A stretch of 33,579 nucleotides of DNA. It comes from Lentisphaerota bacterium. Its GTDB lineage: Bacteria > Verrucomicrobiota > Lentisphaeria > Victivallales > UBA1829. Under the pieces are notes generated by a model, which was given only the letters and a program-made list of their open reading frames with translations, was not told the DNA's origin and ran no database searches. Numbering within the stretch: position 1 is the first letter of the stretch; each line of letters opens with the position of its first letter. The stretch covers positions 1 to 33,579 of the forward strand of contig SUVT01000020.1 in assembly GCA_015061845.1 (NCBI GenBank), given 5' to 3'. Of the stretch, positions 1-13,006 are shown piece after piece. The translations under genes and the position numbers were made by a program.

Positions 1-458
1 ATACTGCGGTAATATGCTGTTGCACCATGAACTGTTGCAACACCAAGACCATCCCCGACGATTTCCCGGGCATAGAGAACGCCGTCGATCCAGACTTTGT
101 AACGCAAAGCACTTGTCCGGATCCGGTTATGAAGGAAAATGTCATTGATGGCAAACATTTTTTCGTTCCCGTCAACGGTTGCCATCAACTTCGGCAGAGT
201 TGTCCGTTCCAACTTATTTTCCAGAAACAGAGGAAACTGTTTTTCCAAGCTGTGCAAAGGACAGAGGGGTGCTGTTTCAGAATCCCGGATTGGATACTTC
301 AATATTCCCGGATACATCCGTTCCGCCCCCAGCAAAGAACCGTCTCCGCCATATACAATGATCATGTCCGCTTCTTCCGGTGGATAAATCGGAATATTTT
401 CTGACTGCAGCATCTCTTTCAGCTGCGGGCATTTTTTTCCAACAACACTGATCTTCAT
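1..458 (-). CDS. nadK: NAD kinase (ATP/polyphosphate-dependent), C-terminal part off the window edge
   Basis: Manual reverse-complement translation from the ATG at 456-458 gives MKISVVGKKCPQL...DMIIVYGGDGSLLGAER...MFAINDIFLHNRI...GDGLGVATVHGATAYYRS. The GGDG(S/T)LL, NE-hydrophobic and DG..v.T..GSTAYs motifs match NAD kinase. The six-frame track missed it because there is no stop within the window. Confidence 0.7.
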   Translation of the reverse strand, partial: MKISVVGKKCPQLKEMLQSENIPIYPPEEADMIIVYGGDGSLLGAERMYPGILKYPIRDSETAPLCPLHSLEKQFPLFLENKLERTTLPKLMATVDGNEKMFAINDIFLHNRIRTSALRYKVWIDGVLYAREIVGDGLGVATVHGATAYYRS

Positions 459-716
459 TATTCAGCAACATCCTTATTTCTTAATACAGCATACATTGCC
501 TATTAAGATAGCATTTTTTATGAATTTTTCAAATAAACTCCCGAAAAAACAGTTTTTTTTCATTTTTCACTGTCAGATATTTTCCCGTCAGGATTCTAAA
601 TATTACAGAAAAAGACGGTTTATGGTTGAAGATTTTCAGAAACGGCTTGCTTTTTCCATAGACGAAAGGTATATTAAAAAAAGAAAAAGTTTTTTGATCT
701 CAAGGAGCTTATAAAA

Positions 717-1391
717 ATGAAAATGAAACTTTTAATCGGATTTTTAACAGTTTGTACTTTCCTTTGCAGCCTTTCTGCGCAATGCGTAAAAAAACCGGTT
801 ATCAGAAGCAAAGGTTGTACTACTTATACGACCACGACAGTTGTCAAAAAGGGCTGTGGAGGCTCCGGAACCTGTCCGACTCCTGTTGTCAGACGCCCTG
901 TCATCCGCAGAAAAAGCTCTGTCCGCAACGTTGCCTCCGGACGTACCTTTTCCAACAGGCTCAATGGGAAACATTACACGCTCACCAGAAAAGAACAGCT
1001 GAACCGGGATCTCCGGAGGGCACAAATCGGCACAAAAAAATATGTTCTTCTTGTTCAGGAACGGGAAAGAATCGCTCTTGATGAAATTCATGAAGCGCAG
1101 AAATATATTCTGGAACACGGCAAAAAAAATCCCGAAAAATATTCTCAAAAAATGAATATTCTCCGTGAAGAATTTGAATTTATTTCTCCCACACTGGAAT
1201 ATATCAGAAACTATCCTTATGTGGAGGAAACAACGAATATTTATCCTGTTCTCGTGGCGATCAGAAGCGGTAAAATCGATTTGGGAGATTACAGGGGAAA
1301 GAGTCATATGAGAATTCTCACAAGAATTCAGGAGCTGCAGAAAAAACGTCTGCTTGAATTCCAGAAACAATATTTGGAAAACAAGTTCTGA
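717..1391 (+). CDS. secreted basic hypothetical protein (signal peptide, Cys/Thr-rich repeat region, coiled-coil C-terminus)
   Basis: AAGGAG RBS 10 nt upstream of the ATG at 717. N-terminal signal peptide MKMKLLIGFLTVCTFLCSLSAQC. Internal repeat KKPVIRSKGC / RRPVIRRKSS. Followed by an intrinsic terminator at 1409-1444. The antisense ORF 744-1370 is low-complexity and F-rich. Confidence 0.5.
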   Translation: MKMKLLIGFLTVCTFLCSLSAQCVKKPVIRSKGCTTYTTTTVVKKGCGGSGTCPTPVVRRPVIRRKSSVRNVASGRTFSNRLNGKHYTLTRKEQLNRDLRRAQIGTKKYVLLVQERERIALDEIHEAQKYILEHGKKNPEKYSQKMNILREEFEFISPTLEYIRNYPYVEETTNIYPVLVAIRSGKIDLGDYRGKSHMRILTRIQELQKKRLLEFQKQYLENKF

Positions 1392-1408
1392 GCCTGATCT
1401 GCGATCAC

Positions 1409-1444
1409 AGAAGACCTCCCCGGCAGCGGAGGTCTTCTTTTTTT
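1409..1444 (+). terminator. rho-independent terminator after the 717-1391 gene
   Basis: Inverted repeat agaagacctcc / ggaggtcttct (11 bp stem, 8 nt loop) followed by a T7 run. Confidence 0.55.
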
Positions 1445-1545
1445 CCGGAGAGTATTCTGAAGCCTCCGCTCCCGGTTATTTTCCGGAGAGTGCATTTTTA
1501 TCCCGAAAAACTTATGTTTTTCTGCCTGTCACGCTCTCTATTCAA

Positions 1546-1573
1546 CTTGAAAAGTATCGTGGAAAAGGTATAT
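1546..1573 (+). promoter_or_regulatory. putative sigma70-type promoter for the flotillin gene
   Basis: TTGAAA (1546-1551), 16 nt spacer, TATATT (1568-1573), about 55 nt upstream of the RBS/ATG at 1628. Confidence 0.25.
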
Positions 1574-1627
1574 TACTCTGAGAATAACAGTATATTGAGA
1601 ACAACATGCAACCAAGGAGGCAAAATT

Positions 1628-3175
1628 ATGGGTTCTTGTATTCTTGCAAGCGGATTTATTGAGGGAAGTATCCTCATATCAGTCCTGATCATTATCATTT
1701 TATTCGTAACGATCATGGGAATCGCATCACGATTCAAAAAATGTCCTTCGGACCAGATACTTGTGATCTACGGTAAAACCGGTGGACAGCGTGCGGCAAA
1801 ATGTATCCATGGCGGTGCGGCTTTCGTCATCCCGATCATTCAGGATTACAGTTTTCTTTCCTTGCGCCCCCTCCCCATTGACGTCAATCTGACCAATGCA
1901 CTTTGTATTCAGAATATCCGTATCAACGTTCCCTCAGTATTTACAGTCGGGATCAGTACAGATGAGGCTCTGATGGGGAATGCAGCAAACCGTCTGCTCG
2001 GACTTTCCTCGGATATGATCGCAGACCTTGCAAAAGATATCATCTTCGGACAACTCCGTCTGGTGATTGCATCCATGACCATTGAACAGATCAACTCCGA
2101 CCGTGAAACTTTCCTGCGTAAGATCGAAGAAAATGTTGCAGAAGAATTAAATAAAATCGGACTTCAGCTTCTCAACGTTAACATTACAGACATCACCGAC
2201 GAAAGCGGATATATTGATGCGATCGGAAGAAGAGCTGCAGCAGAAGCGATCAACCGTGCAAGAATCGATGTTGCGGAAGAAGAACGGAAAGGCGGAATCG
2301 GGGAAGCTGAAGCTCATAAAGCACAGCGTATTGCCGTTTCCAGTGCAGAAGCGGAAGCCCAATCCGGAGAAGCAAACGCTGATAAACAACGCCGTATTGC
2401 AGTCAAACAGGCAGAAGCGGAAGCACTCGTCGGAGAAGCAAACGCTGACCGTGACCGCCGTATCTCTGTGAAACAGGCAGAAGCATCTGCTATCGAAGGG
2501 GAAAATATCTCCGCAATCGAAATTGCAAAATCCAATGCCGCCCGTTTGGAACAGGAAGCTGATGCCTTCCGCCGTTCTGAAGCAGCAAAGAAAGTTGCAG
2601 AAGCAAACATCAAAAAGGCAGATTATGAAGCTGAAATGGGCGCACAGATCGCCCGTGCAAAGATGGAAAGCGAAAAACAGAAAGCTGACGTGATCGTCAA
2701 AGCTGAAATCGATAAAGAGCAGATGGTCATTGCAGCAGAAGCAGAAGCTGAAAAGAAACGCCGTGAAGCACGCGGGGAAGCAGATGCAATCTTTGCAAAA
2801 CTCGAAGCTGAAGCAAAAGGTAATTATGAACTTTTGAAAGCGAAGGGCGAAGGTTTCCAGCAGATCGTTGCAGCCTGCGGAAGTAATGCGGATGCCGCTG
2901 CAAAGATGCTCATGATCGAAAAACTCGACCAGATCGTTGCTCTTCAGACAGAAGCGATCCGCAATATCAAGATCGACAAAGTCACCGTCTGGGACAATGG
3001 TTCCAAGGGAAAAGATGGCAAGACTGCCACTTCTGATTTTCTCAGCGGCATTGTCAAGAGCCTTCCGCCGCTTCATGATGTTGCCGGAATGGCAGGTCTT
3101 GAGCTGCCCCAATATCTTGGCAAAGTGAAAGATGCCAATCCCGATGAACCTCAGGATCCTGAAAAGGCTGCCTGA
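1628..3175 (+). CDS. flotillin-family SPFH/band-7 protein (FloT/YqiK-like)
   Basis: AGGAGG RBS then the ATG at 1628. N-terminal TM helix. SPFH core (ILVIYGKTGG...FVIPIIQ...). Long Glu/Ala-rich region with AEAEA repeats typical of flotillins. The track ORF starts at 1490, but the RBS-supported start is 1628. Confidence 0.8.
   Translation: MGSCILASGFIEGSILISVLIIIILFVTIMGIASRFKKCPSDQILVIYGKTGGQRAAKCIHGGAAFVIPIIQDYSFLSLRPLPIDVNLTNALCIQNIRINVPSVFTVGISTDEALMGNAANRLLGLSSDMIADLAKDIIFGQLRLVIASMTIEQINSDRETFLRKIEENVAEELNKIGLQLLNVNITDITDESGYIDAIGRRAAAEAINRARIDVAEEERKGGIGEAEAHKAQRIAVSSAEAEAQSGEANADKQRRIAVKQAEAEALVGEANADRDRRISVKQAEASAIEGENISAIEIAKSNAARLEQEADAFRRSEAAKKVAEANIKKADYEAEMGAQIARAKMESEKQKADVIVKAEIDKEQMVIAAEAEAEKKRREARGEADAIFAKLEAEAKGNYELLKAKGEGFQQIVAACGSNADAAAKMLMIEKLDQIVALQTEAIRNIKIDKVTVWDNGSKGKDGKTATSDFLSGIVKSLPPLHDVAGMAGLELPQYLGKVKDANPDEPQDPEKAA
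2300..2497 (+). repeat. three tandem 66-bp (22-aa) repeats inside the flotillin EA-rich region
   Basis: Units GEAEAHKAQRIAVSSAEAEAQS, GEANADKQRRIAVKQAEAEALV and GEANADRDRRISVKQAEASAIE. The nucleotide units ggagaagcaaacgctga... at 2366 and 2432 are near-identical. Confidence 0.5.
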
Positions 3176-3189
3176 CCGTTCTGAATTTT

Positions 3190-3216
3190 GCCCTGTCTCC
3201 CCGGACAGGGCTTTTC
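3190..3216 (+). terminator. rho-independent terminator after flotillin
   Basis: gccctgtc / gacagggc 8-bp GC-rich stem with a 6-nt loop, followed by TTTT. Confidence 0.6.
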
Positions 3217-3259
3217 ATTAAAAACTGAACTTTCCTAAAAAATACAAAGGAGAACAAAA

Positions 3260-4585
3260 ATGTTTAAAGTCGGCTATGCACAGGAAATTATCACACCGCC
3301 TACAGGGGTTGGTCTTGCAGGTTACTTCAACAAACGCCCGAACGAAGGGATGTATGACGATCTTTATGTCAAAGTGATCATGATCGAAGCAAAAGAGAAA
3401 CTTTGCGGTTTCGTTGCCTTCGACCTGACATCCGTTCCTGCTGAAATTTACACAGATCTTGAAAAATTCGTTTCTGAAAAATATGGCAAGGAACTTTACA
3501 ACAACATGATCGTTTCCGCAACCCACACCCATACCGGACCGGAAATCCGTTTCCGCCGTGAAGAGTGGGACGATCGCACCTACTATGCTTATGATCTTGC
3601 TCTGGAAGGTGCAAAACGTGCTATCACCCGTGCAATCATGAACCTGCTCCCCGCTGAAATGGAAGTCGGTTCCGTCTACAACAACCCCTATGCGTTCGTT
3701 CGCAGATATTTTATGAAAAACGGTACCATCGTCACAAATCCCGGCTGGGGCAATCCCGATATCGAAAAACCGGAAAGTGAACTTGACCGTACCATCAGTT
3801 TCCTGAAAATCATCCAGGGCGGAAGAATTGCCGCTTTGATCTGCAACATTGCAAATCATGGCGATACCATCGGCGGAAACATCGTTTCCGGCGACTGGTA
3901 CGGACGTTTCACTCAGGAGATCCAGTACGAACTGAAAACAAGTCTTCCTGTCATTGTTCTTGACGATGCTTCCGGAGACGTGAACCACTTCGACTTCCGT
4001 CAGAAAATCAATCAGACCAGCTTCAAAGAAGCCGTTCGTATCGGACGCGGTTATGCACGGATCATTCTGGATGCTCTCAACGAGACCGAAAAGGTCACAG
4101 AAGAAGACATCATTGTGAAGAATGCTGTCGTTACGATCCCGCACCGTCAGGTCACCGATGAAGAGTATGCAGAAGCAGAACACGTTCTTGCAACAGTTCC
4201 CGATATCAAAATGAATCGTGACCTGGAAAGTCAGGACCTTGCAAACAAGGTTCCGGCTGCACTCCGTCACTTTGCCCAGAGAACCATCGACTGCCGCAAC
4301 AAGAGTGTCCCGTCCCATGACGGAAGAGTTACTTCCATCAGTTTTGGAAAGCAGCTCACCTTTGTCGCTGTTCCCGGCGAACCGTTCAACGGCGTTGCCC
4401 GTGCGATCCGTGAAAAATCAGATGCAAAATACACCTTTGTGGTCTCCCTTTCCCAGTCCATGTCCGGTTATGTTCCCATGCCGGAATGTTTTGAACGGGG
4501 CGGCTATGAAGTTCAGCCCGCAGTCAACTCTGTTGCTCCCAATGCAGCAACAGAACTGATCAAAGCCGCAATGGAAGTCCTCTGA
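3260..4585 (+). CDS. neutral/alkaline ceramidase-family hydrolase (N-terminal catalytic domain only, 441 aa)
   Basis: AAGGAGAA RBS. N-terminus FKVGYAQEIITPPTGVGLAGY and the Zn-site motif SATHTHTGPE resemble bacterial neutral ceramidase (YRIGVGKSDITGE... / AATHTHSGPGG). It is shorter than the ~670-aa ceramidases, so the C-terminal beta-sandwich domain is absent. Confidence 0.55.
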   Translation: MFKVGYAQEIITPPTGVGLAGYFNKRPNEGMYDDLYVKVIMIEAKEKLCGFVAFDLTSVPAEIYTDLEKFVSEKYGKELYNNMIVSATHTHTGPEIRFRREEWDDRTYYAYDLALEGAKRAITRAIMNLLPAEMEVGSVYNNPYAFVRRYFMKNGTIVTNPGWGNPDIEKPESELDRTISFLKIIQGGRIAALICNIANHGDTIGGNIVSGDWYGRFTQEIQYELKTSLPVIVLDDASGDVNHFDFRQKINQTSFKEAVRIGRGYARIILDALNETEKVTEEDIIVKNAVVTIPHRQVTDEEYAEAEHVLATVPDIKMNRDLESQDLANKVPAALRHFAQRTIDCRNKSVPSHDGRVTSISFGKQLTFVAVPGEPFNGVARAIREKSDAKYTFVVSLSQSMSGYVPMPECFERGGYEVQPAVNSVAPNAATELIKAAMEVL

Positions 4586-7720
<3,135 letters not shown>

Positions 7721-7731
7721 CGGATCAAACC

Positions 7732-8694
7732 ATGTCTGACCCATCAGCCAACATGTGTGTGATCATGCTCCCGGCGGAACGGAACGATGCGCTCCGTTCT
7801 GCGCTGGAAGCTCATTGCTGGGAGTTTTCTGATCATCAATATGCAAAATTCAAAGCTGTGAAAGAAAAGACATCTGTCATTCTTTATAACAGCGGGAAAC
7901 TTGTCATTCAAGGCAAGGGAACCCGGGATTTTGTAGAGTTTGTTCTTGAACCGGAAGTTCTCTGTTCCTGTCCGATCACCGGTGCAGAACAGGAAGAAAA
8001 GCCGGAACTGCCTTTTGTTGCTCATGCCGGAATGGATGAAAGCGGAAAGGGCGATTTCTTTGGTCCTCTGGTGGCTTGTGCCGCTTATATTCCGGATAAA
8101 GCGACGGAAAATGCACTGATCCAGGCTGGGGTTTGTGACTGCAAACTCATCAAAAGTGATACAAAACTGCGGGCAATCGCATCAAAAGCGGCAACGATCC
8201 TGAAAGGAAAATTTGCCATTGTCAGTATCGGACCGGAAGCCTACAACCGGATGTATCAGAGTTTCCGCTCCATCAACACTCTTCTGGCATGGGCTCACGC
8301 CCGGGCTTTGGAAAATCTTCTGGAAAAAGTACCGGAATGTACCGAAGCAATCGCCGATAAATTTGGAGATGATTCTCTGATTTGCAATGCTCTGGGAGAA
8401 CGCGGAAAAAAAGTTCATCTTGTTCAGAAAGTCCGGGCTGAAAGCGACATGGCTGTGGCGGCGGCTTCTATCCTTGCCCGTGCAGGTTTTCTGCGGAAAC
8501 TGGATGAATTGAGTGAACTTGCCGGTGTCACGCTGCCCAAAGGCGGCGGTGACCAGACCGATGATCCGGCATCACGTCTGGCAGTAGCCGGAGGATGGGA
8601 GCATCTTGGAAAATTTGCCAAGCTGCATTTCAGAAACACCTGCAAAGCTCTTGGTATTGAACCTCCGCCGAAACCGGTCTGGCAGAAACATTAA
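7732..8694 (+). CDS. rnhC: ribonuclease HIII
   Basis: About 320 aa with an N-terminal TBP-like domain plus an RNase H2-fold catalytic motif AGMDESGKGDFFGPLV. Start codon uncertain (7732 or downstream Met). Confidence 0.7.
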   Translation: MSDPSANMCVIMLPAERNDALRSALEAHCWEFSDHQYAKFKAVKEKTSVILYNSGKLVIQGKGTRDFVEFVLEPEVLCSCPITGAEQEEKPELPFVAHAGMDESGKGDFFGPLVACAAYIPDKATENALIQAGVCDCKLIKSDTKLRAIASKAATILKGKFAIVSIGPEAYNRMYQSFRSINTLLAWAHARALENLLEKVPECTEAIADKFGDDSLICNALGERGKKVHLVQKVRAESDMAVAAASILARAGFLRKLDELSELAGVTLPKGGGDQTDDPASRLAVAGGWEHLGKFAKLHFRNTCKALGIEPPPKPVWQKH

Positions 8695-8710
8695 AGAAAG
8701 GTAAACTTTT

Positions 8711-9844
8711 ATGCTGCTCTTTCTTTCACCGATCCTGGCAATTTTCATATTCTTTGTTGCAATCTTTCCTTTAAAGATCAATCGCTGGTGGAAACTGAGC
8801 ATCTTTCTTGTACTTTTTGCGATATCCCAGAAATATCTGATCATGTACCTGTTTGGCGGAAGAGTTCTTTTTGCGCCTTCATTGCCGCGGGGACTCATGC
8901 TTTTTTCGGCATGGCTCTATGCTGTTCTTATCTGCTGGTTTGCATTACTCCTGCTCAGCGTTATTGTCCGGGGAATTGTCCGGCTGTACCACAAGCGCAA
9001 ACAGAAAAAAATGCCGAATAACTGGAGTAAATGGGTCGGCAGAACGAACTTTATTCTTCTCGGGCTCTCGATTCTCTGCATCTCTCTTGGCATCTACTGG
9101 GGAACCGCCCTGCCCGAGGTAAAGAACAAAACGATTTATCTGAAAGATCTTCCATCCGGAGCAGAGGGCATGAAGATCGCAGTTCTTGCTGATTTGCATA
9201 TTGATTACATCACTGAGCCGGAACACATAAGAGAAATCATCAGACGAACCAATGCGGAAAAGCCTGATTTGATCGTAATTGTCGGTGATTTTGTCGATGG
9301 AACAGTGGAGCGGTGTGCTGCAAAAATGGCTCTCCTGAAAGAATTGGATGCCCCTTACGGTGTATGGGGAGTTCCGGGGAACCATGAATATTATTCCGGC
9401 TATAACGATTGGATGTACTTTCTGGAACGGGAAGCAGATGTCACAATGCTTCTGAACCGTTCTGTCAAGCTCCCAAATGGTGTTTATCTGGCGGGGACGA
9501 CCGATCAGGCGGCAAAGCGTTTCTGGGAGGAACTGCCCGATCCCGAAAAAGCTGCAGGCAATATGAAACCGGAAGATTGCGGGATCCTTCTTGCACATAA
9601 CCCGAAATTGGCCCATAAAGCGAAAGATTTGTATGATCTTCAGTTTTCCGGTCACACGCATGGAGGTATGATCCTCGGCATGGATTTACTGGTCAGACAG
9701 ATGAATGGCGGATTTGTTTCCGGGCATTATCAAGTTGGAAACATGCAGCTTTACCTGACAAACGGAACTGCGATCTGGAGCGGATTCCCAATCCGTTTCG
9801 GACGTCCGTCTGAGATTACAATGATTACTTTGAAAAAGAAGTAA
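8711..9844 (+). CDS. membrane-anchored calcineurin-like metallophosphoesterase (YkuE/COG1408-like)
   Basis: Three to four N-terminal TM helices, then MPE motifs LADLHID, GDFVDG, GNHEY and GHTHGG. Confidence 0.7.
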   Translation: MLLFLSPILAIFIFFVAIFPLKINRWWKLSIFLVLFAISQKYLIMYLFGGRVLFAPSLPRGLMLFSAWLYAVLICWFALLLLSVIVRGIVRLYHKRKQKKMPNNWSKWVGRTNFILLGLSILCISLGIYWGTALPEVKNKTIYLKDLPSGAEGMKIAVLADLHIDYITEPEHIREIIRRTNAEKPDLIVIVGDFVDGTVERCAAKMALLKELDAPYGVWGVPGNHEYYSGYNDWMYFLEREADVTMLLNRSVKLPNGVYLAGTTDQAAKRFWEELPDPEKAAGNMKPEDCGILLAHNPKLAHKAKDLYDLQFSGHTHGGMILGMDLLVRQMNGGFVSGHYQVGNMQLYLTNGTAIWSGFPIRFGRPSEITMITLKKK

Positions 9845-9862
9845 ATCTCTGCATTAAAAAGC

Positions 9863-9901
9863 AAAAAAAAATCAGGAAATCCGGTTTTCCTGATTTTTTT
9901 A
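9863..9901. terminator. bidirectional intrinsic terminator between convergent operons
   Basis: An A8 run, then the hairpin atcaggaaa / tttcctgat (9-bp stem, 6-nt loop), then a T7 run. It serves the plus operon ending at 9844 and the minus operon ending at 9916. Confidence 0.6.
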
Positions 9902-9915
9902 TGTTCAAACAATGA

Positions 9916-11484
9916 TCAATCTGAACTTTTTTCTTCCTGAATGACCCCGTTCAGCCGGGGTGCAAGTTTCGGGAAATTCTTCATGACCATCAACACGATC
10001 TCGCGTTTCATTGTTCCAAAGGGCGGAAGATGCATTCTTTCGACATCCTTGAACGAACGTGAATAGCGATCATGAGCCATCTGAGCAAGTTTCAAATGAG
10101 CTTCTCCTGCAGCGCTGTCATCATACGCAATATAAATCGCCGCAGTGTAAATCAAACCGCTGATCAGGTCATGGGCCTGCTTATAGGAACCATCCTTCAT
10201 ATCTTCTTCCCACTGGGAAACAATAAACTGTTCAAAGTTCAGGAACCGTTTATCATAGGAAACGCGTTCTTTCCGCATGATATTAAAGTATTCCCGTGCC
10301 TTCTTCTCCCTTCCGTAAGAATAAAGAATAACAATCGCATCGATCATATAGTTATCTAATGCACTCTTGAAAGAATGGGCGAAGTCATTGCGTTCAGCTG
10401 CAAGCAGGAATGATTCGCGGACTGCATCAGCCAGTTCCAGGTTCGGAACCATGATAAAGTCCTCACTGGGTGTTTTTTCCGGGAAGAGCATCCGTCCGCC
10501 AATGAAAGACTCTTTCAGGGACTGGGTGATCATACGGTCACATTCAATACTGAAACGGTTGGGACTGTACATGTTGCCAAGAGTTGCCCAGTAGATTGCA
10601 TGGGACTCAGAGGCACGCCAGTCAAGCTTGCCATACTTCTTATTGATCTCTATCACTACTTCCGGACGGATTTTATAATGGTCTCTGAGCCAGATCGCAC
10701 GCAGGAATGTTTCCAGTTCCAACGCCTCTTCATCAGACAAAGCCTCTTTCAAAGACTCAGGAAGCTGTCCAGTTTTCCGGAATGCACGGTTCAAAGATTC
10801 ATCGTCCCGATAACCGGCAGACTGAATTTTGTTCCAGAAAGAATTGGAAGAGTTCTTTCTGCGGAACTCAATAAATGACCTGGGAGCATTGTTCAAGGCT
10901 TCCCAATCAGGATCGGGCACACCGCCGAATGCGACCTGCATCTCTTTTGCAATCTGATACTTATAATATTTCTGGGCATCGTCCAGAGTATTTCCCATCT
11001 TGTGCTGATAGATCCACCCGAGCTGCTGATACAGTTTCGGGTCGTTGGCATTATAATTCAAGCCTTCATCACGGATGAGTTCGATCCCCCGCTGCACCCA
11101 TCTCCACCGGTCCTGCTTGTCCTGAAACGTAACTGAAATATTATACGACATATTCCAAGCAAGGAAGGATATCGCACCTGTAAACTTCGGCTGTAATTTT
11201 GTAATCCATGAAGCCAGCTGAACAAGTTCAAAGTATTTGCCTTCTTCCTGCAGAGTTCCGGCACGGAGCCAAAGCAAGTCTGCCAGAATTCCACGGAATC
11301 CACCAAGCGCAACTGTTGTAAATGCGACCATTGGCGGTAAACCTTTGTCATTGACAGCTTCATCGACCAGTTTTTCCTGGGTAATAATTTTATCCATTTT
11401 ATTCTGAATGGAGAGATTGATTCCCAGCAACACTCCGATTACAAGAAGCGCAAGAATCCATATTTTGAATTTTCTGAAACTCAT
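9916..11484 (-). CDS. N-terminally membrane-anchored helical (TPR-like?) hypothetical protein, last gene of the long minus-strand operon
   Basis: Single N-terminal TM (IWILALLVIGVLLGINL). About 500 extracytoplasmic, mostly helical residues with no recognisable catalytic motif. Lies 17 bp downstream of the ABC-2 permease. Confidence 0.45.
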   Translation of the reverse strand: MSFRKFKIWILALLVIGVLLGINLSIQNKMDKIITQEKLVDEAVNDKGLPPMVAFTTVALGGFRGILADLLWLRAGTLQEEGKYFELVQLASWITKLQPKFTGAISFLAWNMSYNISVTFQDKQDRWRWVQRGIELIRDEGLNYNANDPKLYQQLGWIYQHKMGNTLDDAQKYYKYQIAKEMQVAFGGVPDPDWEALNNAPRSFIEFRRKNSSNSFWNKIQSAGYRDDESLNRAFRKTGQLPESLKEALSDEEALELETFLRAIWLRDHYKIRPEVVIEINKKYGKLDWRASESHAIYWATLGNMYSPNRFSIECDRMITQSLKESFIGGRMLFPEKTPSEDFIMVPNLELADAVRESFLLAAERNDFAHSFKSALDNYMIDAIVILYSYGREKKAREYFNIMRKERVSYDKRFLNFEQFIVSQWEEDMKDGSYKQAHDLISGLIYTAAIYIAYDDSAAGEAHLKLAQMAHDRYSRSFKDVERMHLPPFGTMKREIVLMVMKNFPKLAPRLNGVIQEEKSSD

Positions 11485-11501
11485 TGCTGTTATCCTTATC
11501 T

Positions 11502-12989
11502 TTAACGTTTTACGGACGCTATGCCGAATTCACGTTTACTGTATATCCAGATACCAAGCAAGACAAGAGGAAGTCCCTTCAAGACAACTTGATAAAGGAT
11601 CACGGTTCCCATCATGGAAAGTTCAATCAATTCACCGTTCGCCACAAATTCAGACATTGAGAACTTCTGAACCGGAATCACAGCTGTTAAAAGAACCTGA
11701 CCGAAAATATATCCATACCGATCCATTGCCGGCATTGCGGCAACAGAATCATAATTCTTGATCGGGCTTTGGAGATACAGAGAAAACGCTCCATAAGCAA
11801 TATAACAAAGTGTAAAGAATATTGCGGTAGGCATGGAAAGGAAAGAAGCTGCTGAGAATGCAATCATGGTCACTACAAAAACACCGAGCCATTCCATAAA
11901 CACTGCACGGAGATAGTTATTGAAGAAACTGACCTCCTTGATCATAAGCTTCGGACCATCCTCCAACCGGAACTGAACAGGTTTTTGTGTAAGGTTGGTA
12001 AAGGTTACTTCCGCTTTTTTATCATGGATCATACGACCATCCGCATATTCAGACGGAAATTCCAGTTCATTTACAGATACGGTGAGATATTCCCCGATAC
12101 CATGATTCAGATAAGCGGCTCTGTAATCTTTCTTCGCATCTTGTCCGCTGCTATCCTTTGCCACATCGGATTTTACTTCAAAATGGTACAAACCGCCCCA
12201 GGCACCACTAACCCGTTCAGCAGTCTGAGATGTACTGTCGGTATAAATCCGGTAACGGATATAGAAGCTGCCTTTATAATCTTTCGGCAGATTTTCATAT
12301 ATCCAACGACGGGTGAGACCGGGTTTCACTTCAGAAAGACCGGCATAAACCTGCCGCTGGATTTCAGTCAGGATTTTCTTCTTCTGCTCTTCAGTATAAA
12401 CGTTATGAACAGGTTTTCCATCCGGACCTCTCTTTGCCATTTCTTCTTCATACCGCTTCTGTACCAAACCATTGATATCCGGAGCTTTCGGCATATAAAC
12501 GCGTCGTCCGGTCAGAAGTTCATTACTGATTTTATCCTGCTCGCGGCGGGCATTGGCAACCTCTTCCTTATTCTCCTTATCGGACACAATACCAGCCTTC
12601 TTGTACTGCCAGTTCACAAACCCATAGACAGCAAGAGAAGAAAGGAGAAGCAGAACGGTAAGAAGAAGCATGACTCCGGAAAATTTTCCGAGCCAGATAA
12701 CCGGTCTGGAAACCGGCTTGACCGCTATCATGTGAATCCGGTTATCTTCCAAATCCTGAGTCATCATCTGACACCCCAGCCAGATACCGGAAAGCATAAG
12801 CATCAATGAAATAAAGGAAAGACTGTATTCCAGAGAGACTTTGATAAATCCATAGGCAGAACCATCGCCTTTGATCGTGTTGGGGATAATAAGAATTCCC
12901 AGCAAGAGAATGACCAGCAAAAACTGAAACACATGAGAACGCAATGCGCCCCTGCATGTCAGCTTTACAATTGAGAAGTATGCAGACAT
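11502..12989 (-). CDS. ABC-2 family permease with a ~230-aa extracytoplasmic loop
   Basis: Three N-terminal and four C-terminal TM helices flank a large soluble loop. Lies 17 bp downstream of an ABC ATPase. Confidence 0.6.
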   Translation of the reverse strand: MSAYFSIVKLTCRGALRSHVFQFLLVILLLGILIIPNTIKGDGSAYGFIKVSLEYSLSFISLMLMLSGIWLGCQMMTQDLEDNRIHMIAVKPVSRPVIWLGKFSGVMLLLTVLLLLSSLAVYGFVNWQYKKAGIVSDKENKEEVANARREQDKISNELLTGRRVYMPKAPDINGLVQKRYEEEMAKRGPDGKPVHNVYTEEQKKKILTEIQRQVYAGLSEVKPGLTRRWIYENLPKDYKGSFYIRYRIYTDSTSQTAERVSGAWGGLYHFEVKSDVAKDSSGQDAKKDYRAAYLNHGIGEYLTVSVNELEFPSEYADGRMIHDKKAEVTFTNLTQKPVQFRLEDGPKLMIKEVSFFNNYLRAVFMEWLGVFVVTMIAFSAASFLSMPTAIFFTLCYIAYGAFSLYLQSPIKNYDSVAAMPAMDRYGYIFGQVLLTAVIPVQKFSMSEFVANGELIELSMMGTVILYQVVLKGLPLVLLGIWIYSKREFGIASVKR

Positions 12990-13006
12990 ACTGATCCTCC
13001 TACCGG

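Noticed and set aside
496-714. 72-aa ORF in the nadK / secreted-protein intergenic region
   Set aside because: AT-rich promoter region, K/F-rich low-complexity product, no RBS. It overlaps the RBS of the 717 gene.
1441-1491. 12-nt direct repeat ttttccggagag (x2)
   Set aside because: It is short and overlaps the terminator T-run and intergenic region. No accompanying structure suggests a regulatory or mobile-element function.
2147-3112. 321-aa minus-strand ORF, F/C-rich
   Set aside because: It is antisense to flotillin. Its composition (Phe/Cys/Ser runs) is typical of reverse-strand EA-rich repeats.
3218-4318. 366-aa minus-strand ORF
   Set aside because: It is antisense to the ceramidase-like gene, with no RBS and no motifs.
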